Notes: generated by a model from the sequence alone, not told the origin. A DNA stretch of 57,874 nucleotides from Candidatus Peregrinibacteria bacterium (GCA_043755535.1 JAYUSS010000044.1:1-57874), one strand, 5' to 3'. Counted from the first letter of the stretch, positions 18,823-27,941 are shown. Numbers and translations: made by a program.

Positions 18823-19892
18823 AAGTGAGACTTTTCCGCTTAGGCCTCGACCTTATCCGCTACAACTTCAATGCGAAGTTCCGTGGCAATACTTTTGCGT
18901 ATCTTTTTGATGGCCTATCGGAGAACTCACCCGAGAAGATGGCTGATTTCCTCGGACATCGTTTCAGAGTTGTGTATGCCGAAACCGATTCGTTGAAAAT
19001 GCTGTCTTTTCACCATAAAAACCACCGCGTATTTTTGCTCGTGAAGCAGGCAGGGATGGGGAAAGCGGATCACATTCCCTACACGTTTTTGTTTGATGGT
19101 TCGTACTTTTATTACCCTGAACTGACGCGCTGCCTCTTGGATTTTACAAAAAAGTACCTTCTGTACCTTTCCATATCTCGGTTAGATATCGCGCTCGATT
19201 GCGATGTAACCGTAGACGATCTGTTTCATAACCATAAAACACAGTTCGTTCTTGATAAAATGTGGCGCAGGTATGGCAAAGTCGTAACCTTCTATCTGGG
19301 TCAGAGAGAGGGAAATGCGAAGTTTTTTATCCGTATCTACGACAAAAAAAGGGACTCGATGAAAAAGGAAAAGTTTGATCTGTTCAGTCATTATGTCCTC
19401 GAAAAAGTGGTGACGCGCATCGAGGCAGAGCTACACCCAATGACGCTTAAGGCGCTCAAAATCACTCCCCAGACAATCATCAAGTACGAAGAAGACCGAC
19501 TGAACGGAGGTCATACGTCTCTTACATTGATGCAACAGTATTTTGCTTCGCTCTGCATGAACGAACAGGGTACGTATTTCTATCCACTCAAGGATCTTGA
19601 TTTCAGTTCCATTGAACGACTGACAATCGCCAAGAAGACGGGGCGGATGTTGCATCCTGAAGAACTGGAAAAGCACGAGAAGCTGCCGCATATGAAACAG
19701 TTCATCACGCGTGCCGAAACTCTGTATAAAATGGGCATAGACCCGATCATGCTGCTGCTCATGCATCTCCCGCGTCCTGTCGATCACCCCTACTGGGAGC
19801 AGGTTCGAACTCATCGAACTATCTCATTCCTACTTCCTCAGTTATCCTTCTCCCCCTATGAAGTACTTTCTCTATGCTCGGAAATCGAGTGA
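18819..19892 (+). CDS. Rep_trans-family replication initiator / relaxase-like protein
   Basis: ISRLDIALDCDV, FYLGQREGNAKFFIRIYDKKRDS and VVTRIEAELH match the three conserved blocks of pT181 RepC / Tn916 Orf20-type Rep_trans proteins. Confidence 0.65.
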   Translation: MKVRLFRLGLDLIRYNFNAKFRGNTFAYLFDGLSENSPEKMADFLGHRFRVVYAETDSLKMLSFHHKNHRVFLLVKQAGMGKADHIPYTFLFDGSYFYYPELTRCLLDFTKKYLLYLSISRLDIALDCDVTVDDLFHNHKTQFVLDKMWRRYGKVVTFYLGQREGNAKFFIRIYDKKRDSMKKEKFDLFSHYVLEKVVTRIEAELHPMTLKALKITPQTIIKYEEDRLNGGHTSLTLMQQYFASLCMNEQGTYFYPLKDLDFSSIERLTIAKKTGRMLHPEELEKHEKLPHMKQFITRAETLYKMGIDPIMLLLMHLPRPVDHPYWEQVRTHRTISFLLPQLSFSPYEVLSLCSEIE

Positions 19893-21456
19893 AGACAAAG
19901 AGCGGCAAGTGCAGTCGATCCCCGACCAGTTGCGGATTCTCGGTGCGATTGCCGCAGAGCGCGGCCTTGATGTCATCGAGACCATTGTGGACAGTAAATC
20001 CGCGAAAGCACCGGGCAGAAAAGGATTCACGGCAATGGTACAGCGCATACAAGCAGGAGAGGCACAGGGAATCCTCTGCTGGAAGCTCGATCGTCTGTCA
20101 CGCAATTCCGTCGATGGCGGAACGCTCATGTGGATGCTCCAGCAAGGCATCATTCAAGAGATCATCACGCACGAGAAGACGTACTATCCCCAAGAGAATT
20201 CGCTCATCCTGAACGTGGAGTTCGGCCTTGCGACGCAGATGATCCGTGACCTCAGCACGAATGTGAAACGCGGCCAGAAGAGCAAGATCGAAAGGGGCTG
20301 GATGCCCGCCCGCGCTCCCATAGGGTATTTGAATGAGAAGCAGGGTATCAAAGGTCAGAAACGTATTCTGATCGATCCTGTGCTATTCCCTATCATCGAA
20401 TCGTTATGGCACAAGCTTCTGACCGATCAATTGTCACTCATGCGGCTTTTCGATCACATGAAAGAACAGTGCCCGATTTTCGTGAAAGGGAAAATGATCG
20501 CATTCTCGTCTTTTCACGAAATCTTTCAGAACAAGTTTTACTGCGGCCTGTTCCAGTGGAATGAGGAATGGATGATCGGTGCGCAGAAGCCGATGCTTAC
20601 GCAATCTGAATTCGAGCAAGCGCAGTCGTTCCTGCATCACGGGAAGGGCGTGCGTGATCGTTTGCTCGATTTCCCTCTCAAGGGACTATTCCGATGCGGG
20701 ACGTGTGATTCTCTCATCACTGCCGAGCGTAAGACAAAAATGGTGAAGTCAGTCGGGGCAACGAAGGATTACGATTTCTACCGTTGCGGCCACAATCGAC
20801 GCTCCTACCCGTGCACCGAAAAACCACTCTCGGCGCACGGCATTGATGATTGTCTTTTGCAAGAACTTGCGAGTGTGCACCTGCCCGATGAGATCATTGC
20901 GTTCGGTATTGCATGCTTAGACACTATGGAAGATGTACAGGAAACGCCGAAAGAGCGGCAATTGTCCAAGCAAATTGCCGATCTTTCGCGCCGTATGACT
21001 ATGATCGAGAGCAATATCCCTGAAGAAGCCAATGCGGAAACAAGAGCGATCATGCAGACCAAGCTCAATGCACTGAAAGTCGAGAAAAAGGGAATCGAGG
21101 AAGAGATGAAAACCACGGCTGAACAGCGCAACAACAAGCACGTTGGTATTCGTGACCGACTGCAGATTATTCAAAACGCCTCTTACGCGATTAAACACGG
21201 CACGAAGGATCAGAAAAGAAGGGTCGTCTGCGGTCTCGGTTCGAACTGGCGGCTCACTCAAAAAAATCTAGTCTACGAGCCGCATTACGTCACCTCGGCC
21301 TTGAAAGAGACTCGGAAAATACACGAAGCGGAAATCAGGCAGTTCGAACTGAGAAAAAACCAGTCTGGGACTAGCACAAGTATGGATCAGAAACTTGTTA
21401 CTACGGTATGGAGCCACCAGCCGGACTCGAACCGGCGACCACCTCATTACAAGTGA
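19858..21456 (+). CDS. large serine recombinase (resolvase N-domain + recombinase domain + zinc ribbon + coiled coil)
   Basis: YARKSSEDKERQVQSIPDQ (catalytic Ser), WKLDRLSRN, RGWMPARAPIGY, CGTCDS...YRCGH. The last 48 nt overlap tRNA-Thr. Confidence 0.9.
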   Translation: MKYFLYARKSSEDKERQVQSIPDQLRILGAIAAERGLDVIETIVDSKSAKAPGRKGFTAMVQRIQAGEAQGILCWKLDRLSRNSVDGGTLMWMLQQGIIQEIITHEKTYYPQENSLILNVEFGLATQMIRDLSTNVKRGQKSKIERGWMPARAPIGYLNEKQGIKGQKRILIDPVLFPIIESLWHKLLTDQLSLMRLFDHMKEQCPIFVKGKMIAFSSFHEIFQNKFYCGLFQWNEEWMIGAQKPMLTQSEFEQAQSFLHHGKGVRDRLLDFPLKGLFRCGTCDSLITAERKTKMVKSVGATKDYDFYRCGHNRRSYPCTEKPLSAHGIDDCLLQELASVHLPDEIIAFGIACLDTMEDVQETPKERQLSKQIADLSRRMTMIESNIPEEANAETRAIMQTKLNALKVEKKGIEEEMKTTAEQRNNKHVGIRDRLQIIQNASYAIKHGTKDQKRRVVCGLGSNWRLTQKNLVYEPHYVTSALKETRKIHEAEIRQFELRKNQSGTSTSMDQKLVTTVWSHQPDSNRRPPHYK

Positions 21457-21484
21457 GGTGCTCTACCAGCTGAGCTATGGTGGC
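21409..21484 (-). tRNA. tRNA-Thr (anticodon UGU), CCA encoded
   Basis: GCCACCA-TA-GCTC-AGCTGGTA-GAGC-A-CCTCA-CTTGTAA-TGAGG-TGGTC-GCCGG-TTCGAGT-CCGGC-TGGTGGC-T-CCA folds as a canonical cloverleaf. Confidence 0.92.
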
Positions 21485-21598
21485 TGGTAAAAGAATGACG
21501 TGATGCTGTGAAGACCAATGGGGCCACGAGACTCTACATTTTTCTGAGCAATTTCGGAAGCTGATTCTTGCATGAATTAGCCATTAATGGGATAATGC

Positions 21599-22035
21599 TG
21601 GTCTGCTCCTTGGATGATCGCTCCGGCTACGCGAAAGCGGTGCCGAGAGAGGAACGTCCGGGCTCCACCGGAACGCCATGCGGATAACATCCGTCGCGGC
21701 GGCATATATCAGGTAAAGCCGTCGTAGAACTAGTGCCACAGAGACGTATCCCCTTTAGTGGGGAGTGAAACGCCACGGAGTACCGTGGACCCCGCACTCC
21801 ACGCGAGTGTTTGGTTGGTAAACTTATGGTGGAGCAAGGAGGAATTGGGTCGGCAGATTCAGCGATGGTTCCGTCGCTCTGTCTTCCCCTCCGCACAGTG
21901 TCGTGGTGCGATGCGCAAGCATCTGCTACTGCGACCGAGGTGTTCAGGCAACTGTCACCCCAGAGAGATGATCGTCATCCGCCCTGAGCTAGTCGAAGGG
22001 CGCGATACAGAACCCGGCGTATAGAGGGGCAGGAC
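21599..22035 (+). ncRNA. rnpB: RNase P RNA, bacterial type A
   Basis: GAGAGGAACGTCCGGGCTCCAC (P4 5'), GTGCCACAGAGACG, GGTAAACTTATGGTGGAGCAAGG and ACAGAACCCGGCGTATA (P4 3'). The ends pair as P1 (GGTCTGCTCC / GGGGCAGGAC). GATAAT -10 just upstream. Confidence 0.88.
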
Positions 22036-22040
22036 AAAGG

Positions 22041-22066
22041 AGAGACCGAAAGAGGTCTCTTTTTTG
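22041..22066 (+). terminator. intrinsic terminator after rnpB
   Basis: AGAGACC-GAAAGA-GGTCTCT followed by TTTTT. Confidence 0.8.
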
Positions 22067-22093
22067 TAAAAAATTTGCTACACTGATCGAACA

Positions 22094-22264
22094 ATGACGA
22101 ATAAAAAGTTGCAACATCAGGCAGTTTCCCTCAATCAAGAGAAAAGCAAAGAAGAACTTTTTGCTCAAATCCGGAGTAATCAGAAATGGAAAAAGCTTCC
22201 CAAGAGAATAGAAGATCTAGATGGAGATTTTGATAATCTTCTCCGTGAACTTGCAAAGCGGTGA
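22094..22264 (+). CDS. possible small protein (56 aa, charged/helical)
   Basis: ATG ORF MTNKKLQHQAVSLNQEKSKEELFAQIRSNQKWKKLPKRIEDLDGDFDNLLRELAKR, below the ORF-track cutoff; no SD. Confidence 0.3.
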   Translation: MTNKKLQHQAVSLNQEKSKEELFAQIRSNQKWKKLPKRIEDLDGDFDNLLRELAKR

Positions 22265-22399
22265 AGTATGTAGATATCTCAACGCAGAGGGCGACTTGAT
22301 TTATTAAGGGAGAAAGTCGGGGAGATTTGTGGGTTGGTGTATAGGCCTCCGGAGATGGAGTAATCGATGCTTGAATCCGAGAAGCGGCTCCTCCATCAA

Positions 22400-22990
22400 T
22401 CACCGCGCTGTAAAACACTGCATCGACACAATCCACTCCTGTCGGACCTCTTCGATCACAGTCGCAATCGGATGTTTCCGAAGACTCCCCAGCCACCTCC
22501 AGTCGCGTTCTTTACCCGAGAGATCAAAAATATACTTCCAACTTTCCGATTTTTCTTGAATACGCTGTGTAAAAGGGATTGTACGTTCACGCTCGTCCCA
22601 CGCTTCACTTTCCGCTTCCGTCCGTGCCAAGTGCCAGTCATTCAGGACATGATGCCATAGTTCGAAATCGTGAGGCAGATGCAACTGTGCGGGTACCTTC
22701 GCTTCGATCAGAACGCCCGGCGTTCCTCGGGGCAAATGCCGATACCGAAGATCTGGCTTAGGACGTTTTACATCCCAGCGGGTCCATGCCCATACCGGCC
22801 ACCCGCCATTGTAGTCCGGGATACGCTCCTGCATCTGTCCCATAATCCATTTATACGCATCGCGATAATCCTCCTTTACCTATTCTTCACTTCCACGAAG
22901 TGCCCCGTTGCGCTCAAGTTGCGATAGCATGCCTTGATGCTGGATCTTCCATACGGTCGTGTGCGCACTCTGATCGGGAGATTTCGGCAT
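22400..22990 (-). pseudogene. DUF3841-like gene interrupted by one in-frame TAG
   Basis: MPKSPDQSAHTTVWKIQHQGMLSQLERNGALRGSEE-TAG-VKEDYRDAYKWIMGQMQERIPDYNGGWPVWAW...DFELWHHVLNDW reads as one protein. The TAG is at 22880-22882, in frame with both halves. Confidence 0.6.
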
Positions 22991-23028
22991 AGCAAAGCAT
23001 TCTATTCGCACTGGCCGGGGGGTACAAT

Positions 23029-24426
23029 ATGCGCATGAAACGCTCCGAAGCCGTCTTTGGCGCCATCCGCGTTCCGCTTGATGCGGTAGCTGTATTTTGC
23101 GCACTGCTACTCTCGTACAAATTGCGCGAGGCGAACATCGACCTTGTGCCGTCGGTCCAGCTCCTCGATCCGGCGTCGACGCTCCCGCCTGTGGGGTATT
23201 ACATGTCGTCGTTCATCATTCCCAGCGTTGTCGCATTCATTCTCTTTTGTGCTGCACTCGGGCTCTACGCCCTCCAGTCGACGCGCAGTGCGTGGAACGA
23301 AGTGGGGCGCATCATCACGGCGGGGATCCTCTGGTTAGTCGGCATCATGGCGTGGTATTTCTTAGTCCAGAAACAACTCTTCTACTCGCGTCTGCTGCTC
23401 CTGCATTCCACATTTTTTATTATCCTGTTTGTCACGCTCATCCGAGGTGCTCTCACCCTAGTGCAGCGATCGCTGTTACAAAAAGGAATCGGGGTGCGCA
23501 CGGTTCTTTCCATCGGTCGACAGAAACTCGGCGGCATTGCGCGCGATACTCTCTCCCACGATGTGTGGTATGCATACTTGGGGCATGTAGCAGACCTTGC
23601 GGCGCTCGTGGAGCTTTCACGCACAAACGACCCCGATCTTGTCTTGCAGACAGACCCCAACCCCGGCAGCGGCGAGACGTTGCTCCTCATTGACTACTGC
23701 CGCAGTCACCACATCGGCTACGCATTCCTGCCGCCCGTCCTTGCCGATGTTCCACATTTGCTTCTGGTTGAACGCTTGGGGTTACTCCCCATGATTCGCC
23801 TGCAACCGACGCCACTTGATGGATGGGGACGGATCTTTAAGCGATTATTCGATATCGTGGCGTCACTCGTTGGTATTATTGTTATGGGCATCCCCATGCT
23901 GATCGTTGGGCTCATTGTGCACCTGGAAGGAGGTCCAATTTTTTATGTTTCGCGCAGAATCGGAGAAGGCGGTAAGGCACAAGTACCGGTCTTTAAATTT
24001 CGATCCATGGTGCAGGACGCCGATGCACGTAAGCCGCTGCTCGAAAAAATGAATCACCGGAGCGATGGGCCGCTCTTTAAAATCAAAAATGACCCCCGCG
24101 TCACGCGTATCGGTTCGATCCTCCGTCGCTGGTCGATTGATGAATGGCCGCAGCTCTTCAACGTACTGCTTGGTCACCTGTCTCTCGTTGGTCCCCGCCC
24201 GCATTTGCCCGACGAAGTACAACGTTACACCAGTTACCAGCGCCGAGTCTTTGCGGTAAAGCCGGGGGTCACCGGTCTTGCCCAGGTCTCGGGCCGGTCC
24301 GATTTGTCTTTTAGTGAAGAAGTCGCGCTCGATTTAAAATATGTGGAAGAATGGTCATTTAAGCTGGATTTATGGATTGCGTGGAGGACATTTGTGGTTA
24401 TCTGTGGCAGGAAAGGCGCGGATTGA
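23029..24426 (+). CDS. polyprenyl-phosphate glycosyl-1-phosphate transferase (bacterial sugar transferase, WbaP-like)
   Basis: FKRLFDIVASLVG...GPIFYVSRRIG...FKFRSM...PLFKIKNDPRVTRIG..LRRWSIDEWPQLFNVL.G.LSLVGPRP...KPGVTGLAQV. Confidence 0.9.
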   Translation: MRMKRSEAVFGAIRVPLDAVAVFCALLLSYKLREANIDLVPSVQLLDPASTLPPVGYYMSSFIIPSVVAFILFCAALGLYALQSTRSAWNEVGRIITAGILWLVGIMAWYFLVQKQLFYSRLLLLHSTFFIILFVTLIRGALTLVQRSLLQKGIGVRTVLSIGRQKLGGIARDTLSHDVWYAYLGHVADLAALVELSRTNDPDLVLQTDPNPGSGETLLLIDYCRSHHIGYAFLPPVLADVPHLLLVERLGLLPMIRLQPTPLDGWGRIFKRLFDIVASLVGIIVMGIPMLIVGLIVHLEGGPIFYVSRRIGEGGKAQVPVFKFRSMVQDADARKPLLEKMNHRSDGPLFKIKNDPRVTRIGSILRRWSIDEWPQLFNVLLGHLSLVGPRPHLPDEVQRYTSYQRRVFAVKPGVTGLAQVSGRSDLSFSEEVALDLKYVEEWSFKLDLWIAWRTFVVICGRKGAD

Positions 24427-24451
24427 CGCTTTTGTCATTTTTTGGTATAAT
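24423..24451 (+). promoter_or_regulatory. promoter TTGACG-N17-TATAAT (TGg extended) with leaderless ATG
   Basis: The -10 ends 6 nt before ATG 24458. Confidence 0.55.
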
Positions 24452-24457
24452 ATAAAC

Positions 24458-25228
24458 ATGCTAACAACCACTCCAGATTCATCTGGTACTGAGGAGTCTA
24501 GCGAGGGAGAGCCTCTTTTAAATCGTCTTTTGCAGTTGAGAGACAGGGTTGATTCAATGAATGCAGAGTTATGTGGCCATGAACATGAAGTGTCAGTTCA
24601 CCAAAAATCATTGGCAACACGCAACACACAGGTGATTGAAGGCCAAGTCCCCTTATGTCCACTTTCACGTCGTATACATAACACCACATGCAATCATTGC
24701 CTTTTTCAAGGGGGCAAACAGAAAATAGCAACACTGCTACCTTCTCTTGATTTTAAAGCCCCAGAATTTATCCCTGCGCACCAGGGAGTTGGCCAAGCAA
24801 ATCCATTTGCAGCAGAAGTAGAGTACGCAGCGTTACTGGGTGTTTCGTTTTCAAAAGAAGATGTTGGTGAGTTTCTTACAAAAAGTACTCATGCGTTATC
24901 CAATGCGTCGGAAGAAATGCGCAGAAAAGATCCTGATTATTCAATGTATCTTTACCGAAGAAGTGATGCCTTTAAGGATATTCAAAAACAGGATACGAAT
25001 CCTCTTGGTCAAATACGAGCATGCTGTTCCATCTTGCGTCAGATGATTAACGACCGTGATGCCAAAGCGGGTTCGGATACCCGAAAACAAATGTATAACG
25101 CAGAAAAAATTCGCAGTAAACAGAAATTCATAGTTTTTGTGCTTGATGAACTTAAACCTATTATACTAGCTGCTATCGACGTAAGTATTGATAAAGAAAA
25201 AGGAAGTCATAAAGATGTATCCTCATAA
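24458..25228 (+). CDS. hypothetical protein (256 aa), AT-richer
   Basis: Leaderless start supported by the promoter; no recognised domain. Confidence 0.55.
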   Translation: MLTTTPDSSGTEESSEGEPLLNRLLQLRDRVDSMNAELCGHEHEVSVHQKSLATRNTQVIEGQVPLCPLSRRIHNTTCNHCLFQGGKQKIATLLPSLDFKAPEFIPAHQGVGQANPFAAEVEYAALLGVSFSKEDVGEFLTKSTHALSNASEEMRRKDPDYSMYLYRRSDAFKDIQKQDTNPLGQIRACCSILRQMINDRDAKAGSDTRKQMYNAEKIRSKQKFIVFVLDELKPIILAAIDVSIDKEKGSHKDVSS

Positions 25229-25610
25229 AGGTAGATACCTGTTCTCTGCCGTCTACCTTCTGTATCCTATCTTCGTGCGCACCCTCGAACGCGTCATCGT
25301 CGGCACCCTTGCAGCACTGCTTTTGATTGTTGCCGTACAATCACTGTTTCCGCGCGAGTATGTACCCAACCCCAAAGAGCCGGTGGTAGAGGTCCCGTGC
25401 ACAGGTACGCCTATCAAGGTCGATTTTGCCTACACAGGCGGGGTGAATGACCCGTGGACGTGCAAAGAGCAGTGTAACGACGATAAGCCGCGCTACATTC
25501 TGTATAGCAACGGAAAAGCGACGCAGTGCGGGGCGCCGCCGGGATGTAACGATACAGGTGAAGATAGTGGTGTTACCTGCACCGCACCTGGTACTGCCTC
25601 GCAATCGTGA
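25215..25610 (+). CDS. small membrane-anchored Cys-rich protein
   Basis: TM helix VIVGTLAALLLIVAV followed by an 8-Cys ectodomain (CTG..WTCKEQCN..QCGAPPGCN..VTC). Start could be 25188. Confidence 0.5.
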   Translation: MYPHKGRYLFSAVYLLYPIFVRTLERVIVGTLAALLLIVAVQSLFPREYVPNPKEPVVEVPCTGTPIKVDFAYTGGVNDPWTCKEQCNDDKPRYILYSNGKATQCGAPPGCNDTGEDSGVTCTAPGTASQS

Positions 25611-25620
25611 TACGAACAAC

Positions 25621-25676
25621 CTTGCAAGCTGGTCAGCTTGTCAGGTTCCTAACCAGCTAACTAGCTGACCAGCTAA
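25621..25676. repeat. word-repeat hairpin (AGCTGGTC words) between convergent genes
   Basis: CAAGCTGGTCAGCTTGTCAGG ... CCAGCTAACTAGCTGACCAGCT. Confidence 0.75.
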
Positions 25677-25682
25677 AAAGCT

Positions 25683-27941
25683 TTATAGCGGCATTTTGAG
25701 TTGCGTCGGTTTTTCCTCAGTATTCACTGGAATGCCTCCGCACTCTTTCATATACCGCATAATCCCTTTCCCATAATCTTTTTCATGCAGTCGCTTATCG
25801 AGCACCATCACCTCGGCATCCGTTTTCTTGTGGCGGCAGAAACTCCTGAGCAATCGGAATAAGCGAAACTGCAGACGCGGAATGTTATATTCGCTGAATG
25901 CGTTTTTGTAGTGATTGCGACGCAGGCTCAGGACCGGGTGATTCGGATGATCAAACGGAACAGTATCAATGACGAGTCGGTCGACGGTAACTTCCGGGAA
26001 GTCTAACCCCTCGTACATGAACGGCGTGACGATCAGAATTGCGGGGCTCTCAGCGGCGGCAAATTCTGCTTCCATACGCCCCTGTCCCCCGTTCATGCCC
26101 TGGCAGATCAGTGTGACGCCTGCCGCCTCCAATGCGGCTGCGTGTACGGTGTAGGACTGTTCAATCACGCGCTTGCTGCCGGCTAAGATAATGGTTTTCC
26201 CGGCTGGCGGATTTTGGAGCACAGAGAGAAGTCCTCTGTCGGTCGGGAACGCAACGGCGAGAGCGCACGGCGGGAATCCGTCCGGTGCTTCACTCTGCAC
26301 TGCACTCTCGGGTGGAACGATTTCGGGGAAGACATCCCCAGTGCCGGTTGGCACCAGCAGCGTTGTCGGGTGACGATCATACAAAACATCTTTGAGCATC
26401 GTATCGACGCGCTTGGGTGCGGACTGAAGCATCAGCGCACCGTCCATTCTGCGCTCGATCCACACCAAGTGCGTCTCGGGGAGGTTTTCATTCAGAAGCG
26501 CACGCGCCGCTTTCAGTAACTCTTCTGTCTTTGCAGGGAGTGCAGGGATGGCCATCAGCGTATCGATATCGCCGCGTAGTGCACTCGCTTCGGGCTTCCG
26601 TAAATCTGCAGGAGTCAGCATGTATTGGTCTTCGCCTCCGCGGATTTTTTCGCAAAAGAGTGCGAGCAAGTCGGTGATACGCAGTAGTGCAGTATCTCCG
26701 GTAGCTGCAGCACGCAGATAATCGAGTCCCAAGAAATCGCCGAACGCTTTGGTCGCGGTGTCTTCCAGCATCGATGCGTCGTCAATCACCACATGTGCGC
26801 CTTCCAGGTGAGTAGCCATGACCGGATCCGAAAGCAGCTGGAGCAGTTGCCTATGGTCAAGCAGGAAGGCGCGGCTCTTCTGCTTGAACTGATCGGTGTA
26901 GGTAGGTGTTGCGTCGGTACAGGCAATGCGGCCGTTCCAGACATCTTTCTCACCGCCGTGCAGTGCAATGTCGTTCCGTGTTCGCGGGTTCCACCACGCA
27001 AGCTTCAGGCGCAAAAATGCTTCATCCGATGTAAACGTTGTCTGCTTGATGAGGGCATCGGCCGCTTCGGGGTTGAGCAGCAACTGCGGCGGATGCAGCA
27101 CAGTGAGACCTTCGGGGACGGTGAGGCGCTTCAAGGATCCTTCTAAGTTTTTCACCGCGATCCATCGGACAATAGAGTCATCGGCAACTGCCGCCGCAAT
27201 CACACTTTGCAAACACCCCGCACTCAATGTCTCTTCGCGTAGCGCCACTGTCCCGACGGTAGGAGGGTTAATGGTGATGGAGCCTGTTGTGCGCTCTTCA
27301 CTTTTACGCGTACGCATCTGCATCCACGTTGCACCCTTTCCCTTTCCTTCCAATGCATCAAAGAGAATGCGATAGCCTGGGCTCGATGTGCCCATCACTT
27401 CTTTGGCAAGTGTCATCTGCTTCTCATCCAACTCACTGAGTCGTTCCCACACTTTCAGGAATAGTTCCATGGTGGCGGTGACATCTCCCAGAGCACGGTG
27501 CGCAGGTTCGTGTGTGAGGTGCAGGACCTTGCTCATGTACGGGAGCGAGAAGCTCGGGAGTTCGGGGAAGACGAGCGACGCAAGCATCGACGTATCCACC
27601 CATGCGCGTTCTGACAGGTCCAGCCCTTCCCCACGCAGCATCCCGATGTCATATCCAAGGTTCTGTCCTACCAGCAGATCGACACCCTCTAACTTTCCGG
27701 CAATCTCGTCGCGTACCGTTTCGAACGCTGGCTTACCTTCGAGCATCGCAGGGGTTATATGCGTGAGCGTTTGGATCATCGGGGGGATTTCGCCTGGGAT
27801 CGCAAACAGATGCTCGGTTGTGTCGACAATTCCCCCTCCCTCGACTCTCACTGCCGCGTATTCGATCACACGGTGAACTTTGGGCACAAAGCCCGTGGTT
27901 TCGGTATCTAGGACAGCAAAGGAGAATGGGGGGAATTTCAT
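25683..27941 (-). CDS. dinG: DnaQ-type 3'-5' exonuclease fused to DinG-family helicase-like domain
   Basis: Exo motifs AVLDTETTG, GQNLGYDIGML and HRALGDVTAT. C-terminal DinG-like block ILIVTPFMYEGLDFPEVTVDRLVIDTVPF. No Walker A, and the DEAH box reads IDDASML. Confidence 0.82.
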   Translation of the reverse strand: MKFPPFSFAVLDTETTGFVPKVHRVIEYAAVRVEGGGIVDTTEHLFAIPGEIPPMIQTLTHITPAMLEGKPAFETVRDEIAGKLEGVDLLVGQNLGYDIGMLRGEGLDLSERAWVDTSMLASLVFPELPSFSLPYMSKVLHLTHEPAHRALGDVTATMELFLKVWERLSELDEKQMTLAKEVMGTSSPGYRILFDALEGKGKGATWMQMRTRKSEERTTGSITINPPTVGTVALREETLSAGCLQSVIAAAVADDSIVRWIAVKNLEGSLKRLTVPEGLTVLHPPQLLLNPEAADALIKQTTFTSDEAFLRLKLAWWNPRTRNDIALHGGEKDVWNGRIACTDATPTYTDQFKQKSRAFLLDHRQLLQLLSDPVMATHLEGAHVVIDDASMLEDTATKAFGDFLGLDYLRAAATGDTALLRITDLLALFCEKIRGGEDQYMLTPADLRKPEASALRGDIDTLMAIPALPAKTEELLKAARALLNENLPETHLVWIERRMDGALMLQSAPKRVDTMLKDVLYDRHPTTLLVPTGTGDVFPEIVPPESAVQSEAPDGFPPCALAVAFPTDRGLLSVLQNPPAGKTIILAGSKRVIEQSYTVHAAALEAAGVTLICQGMNGGQGRMEAEFAAAESPAILIVTPFMYEGLDFPEVTVDRLVIDTVPFDHPNHPVLSLRRNHYKNAFSEYNIPRLQFRLFRLLRSFCRHKKTDAEVMVLDKRLHEKDYGKGIMRYMKECGGIPVNTEEKPTQLKMPL

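Larger units (their letters stand above)
16874..21414 (+). mobile_element. putative small integrative element at tRNA-Thr (Rep_trans initiator + large serine recombinase)
   Basis: Visibly AT-richer block between the kinase stop and the tRNA-Thr 3' end. The 9-nt GTATGGAGC occurs at both edges (16874-16882, 21406-21414). Boundaries are tentative. Confidence 0.5.

Noticed and set aside
21627-22024. ORFs 21627-21896 (minus) and 21758-22024 (plus) in the six-frame track.
   Set aside because: They lie entirely within the RNase P RNA gene, whose conserved P4 and core motifs are unambiguous. I treat them as spurious.
22880-22882. Genome-wide stop-codon reassignment (an alternative genetic code) as the explanation for the in-frame TAG.
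   Set aside because: TAG terminates nusA, and TGA and TAA terminate many conserved genes here (smpB, the kinase, secA, pilB). A single in-frame stop is better explained as a mutation or polymorphism.
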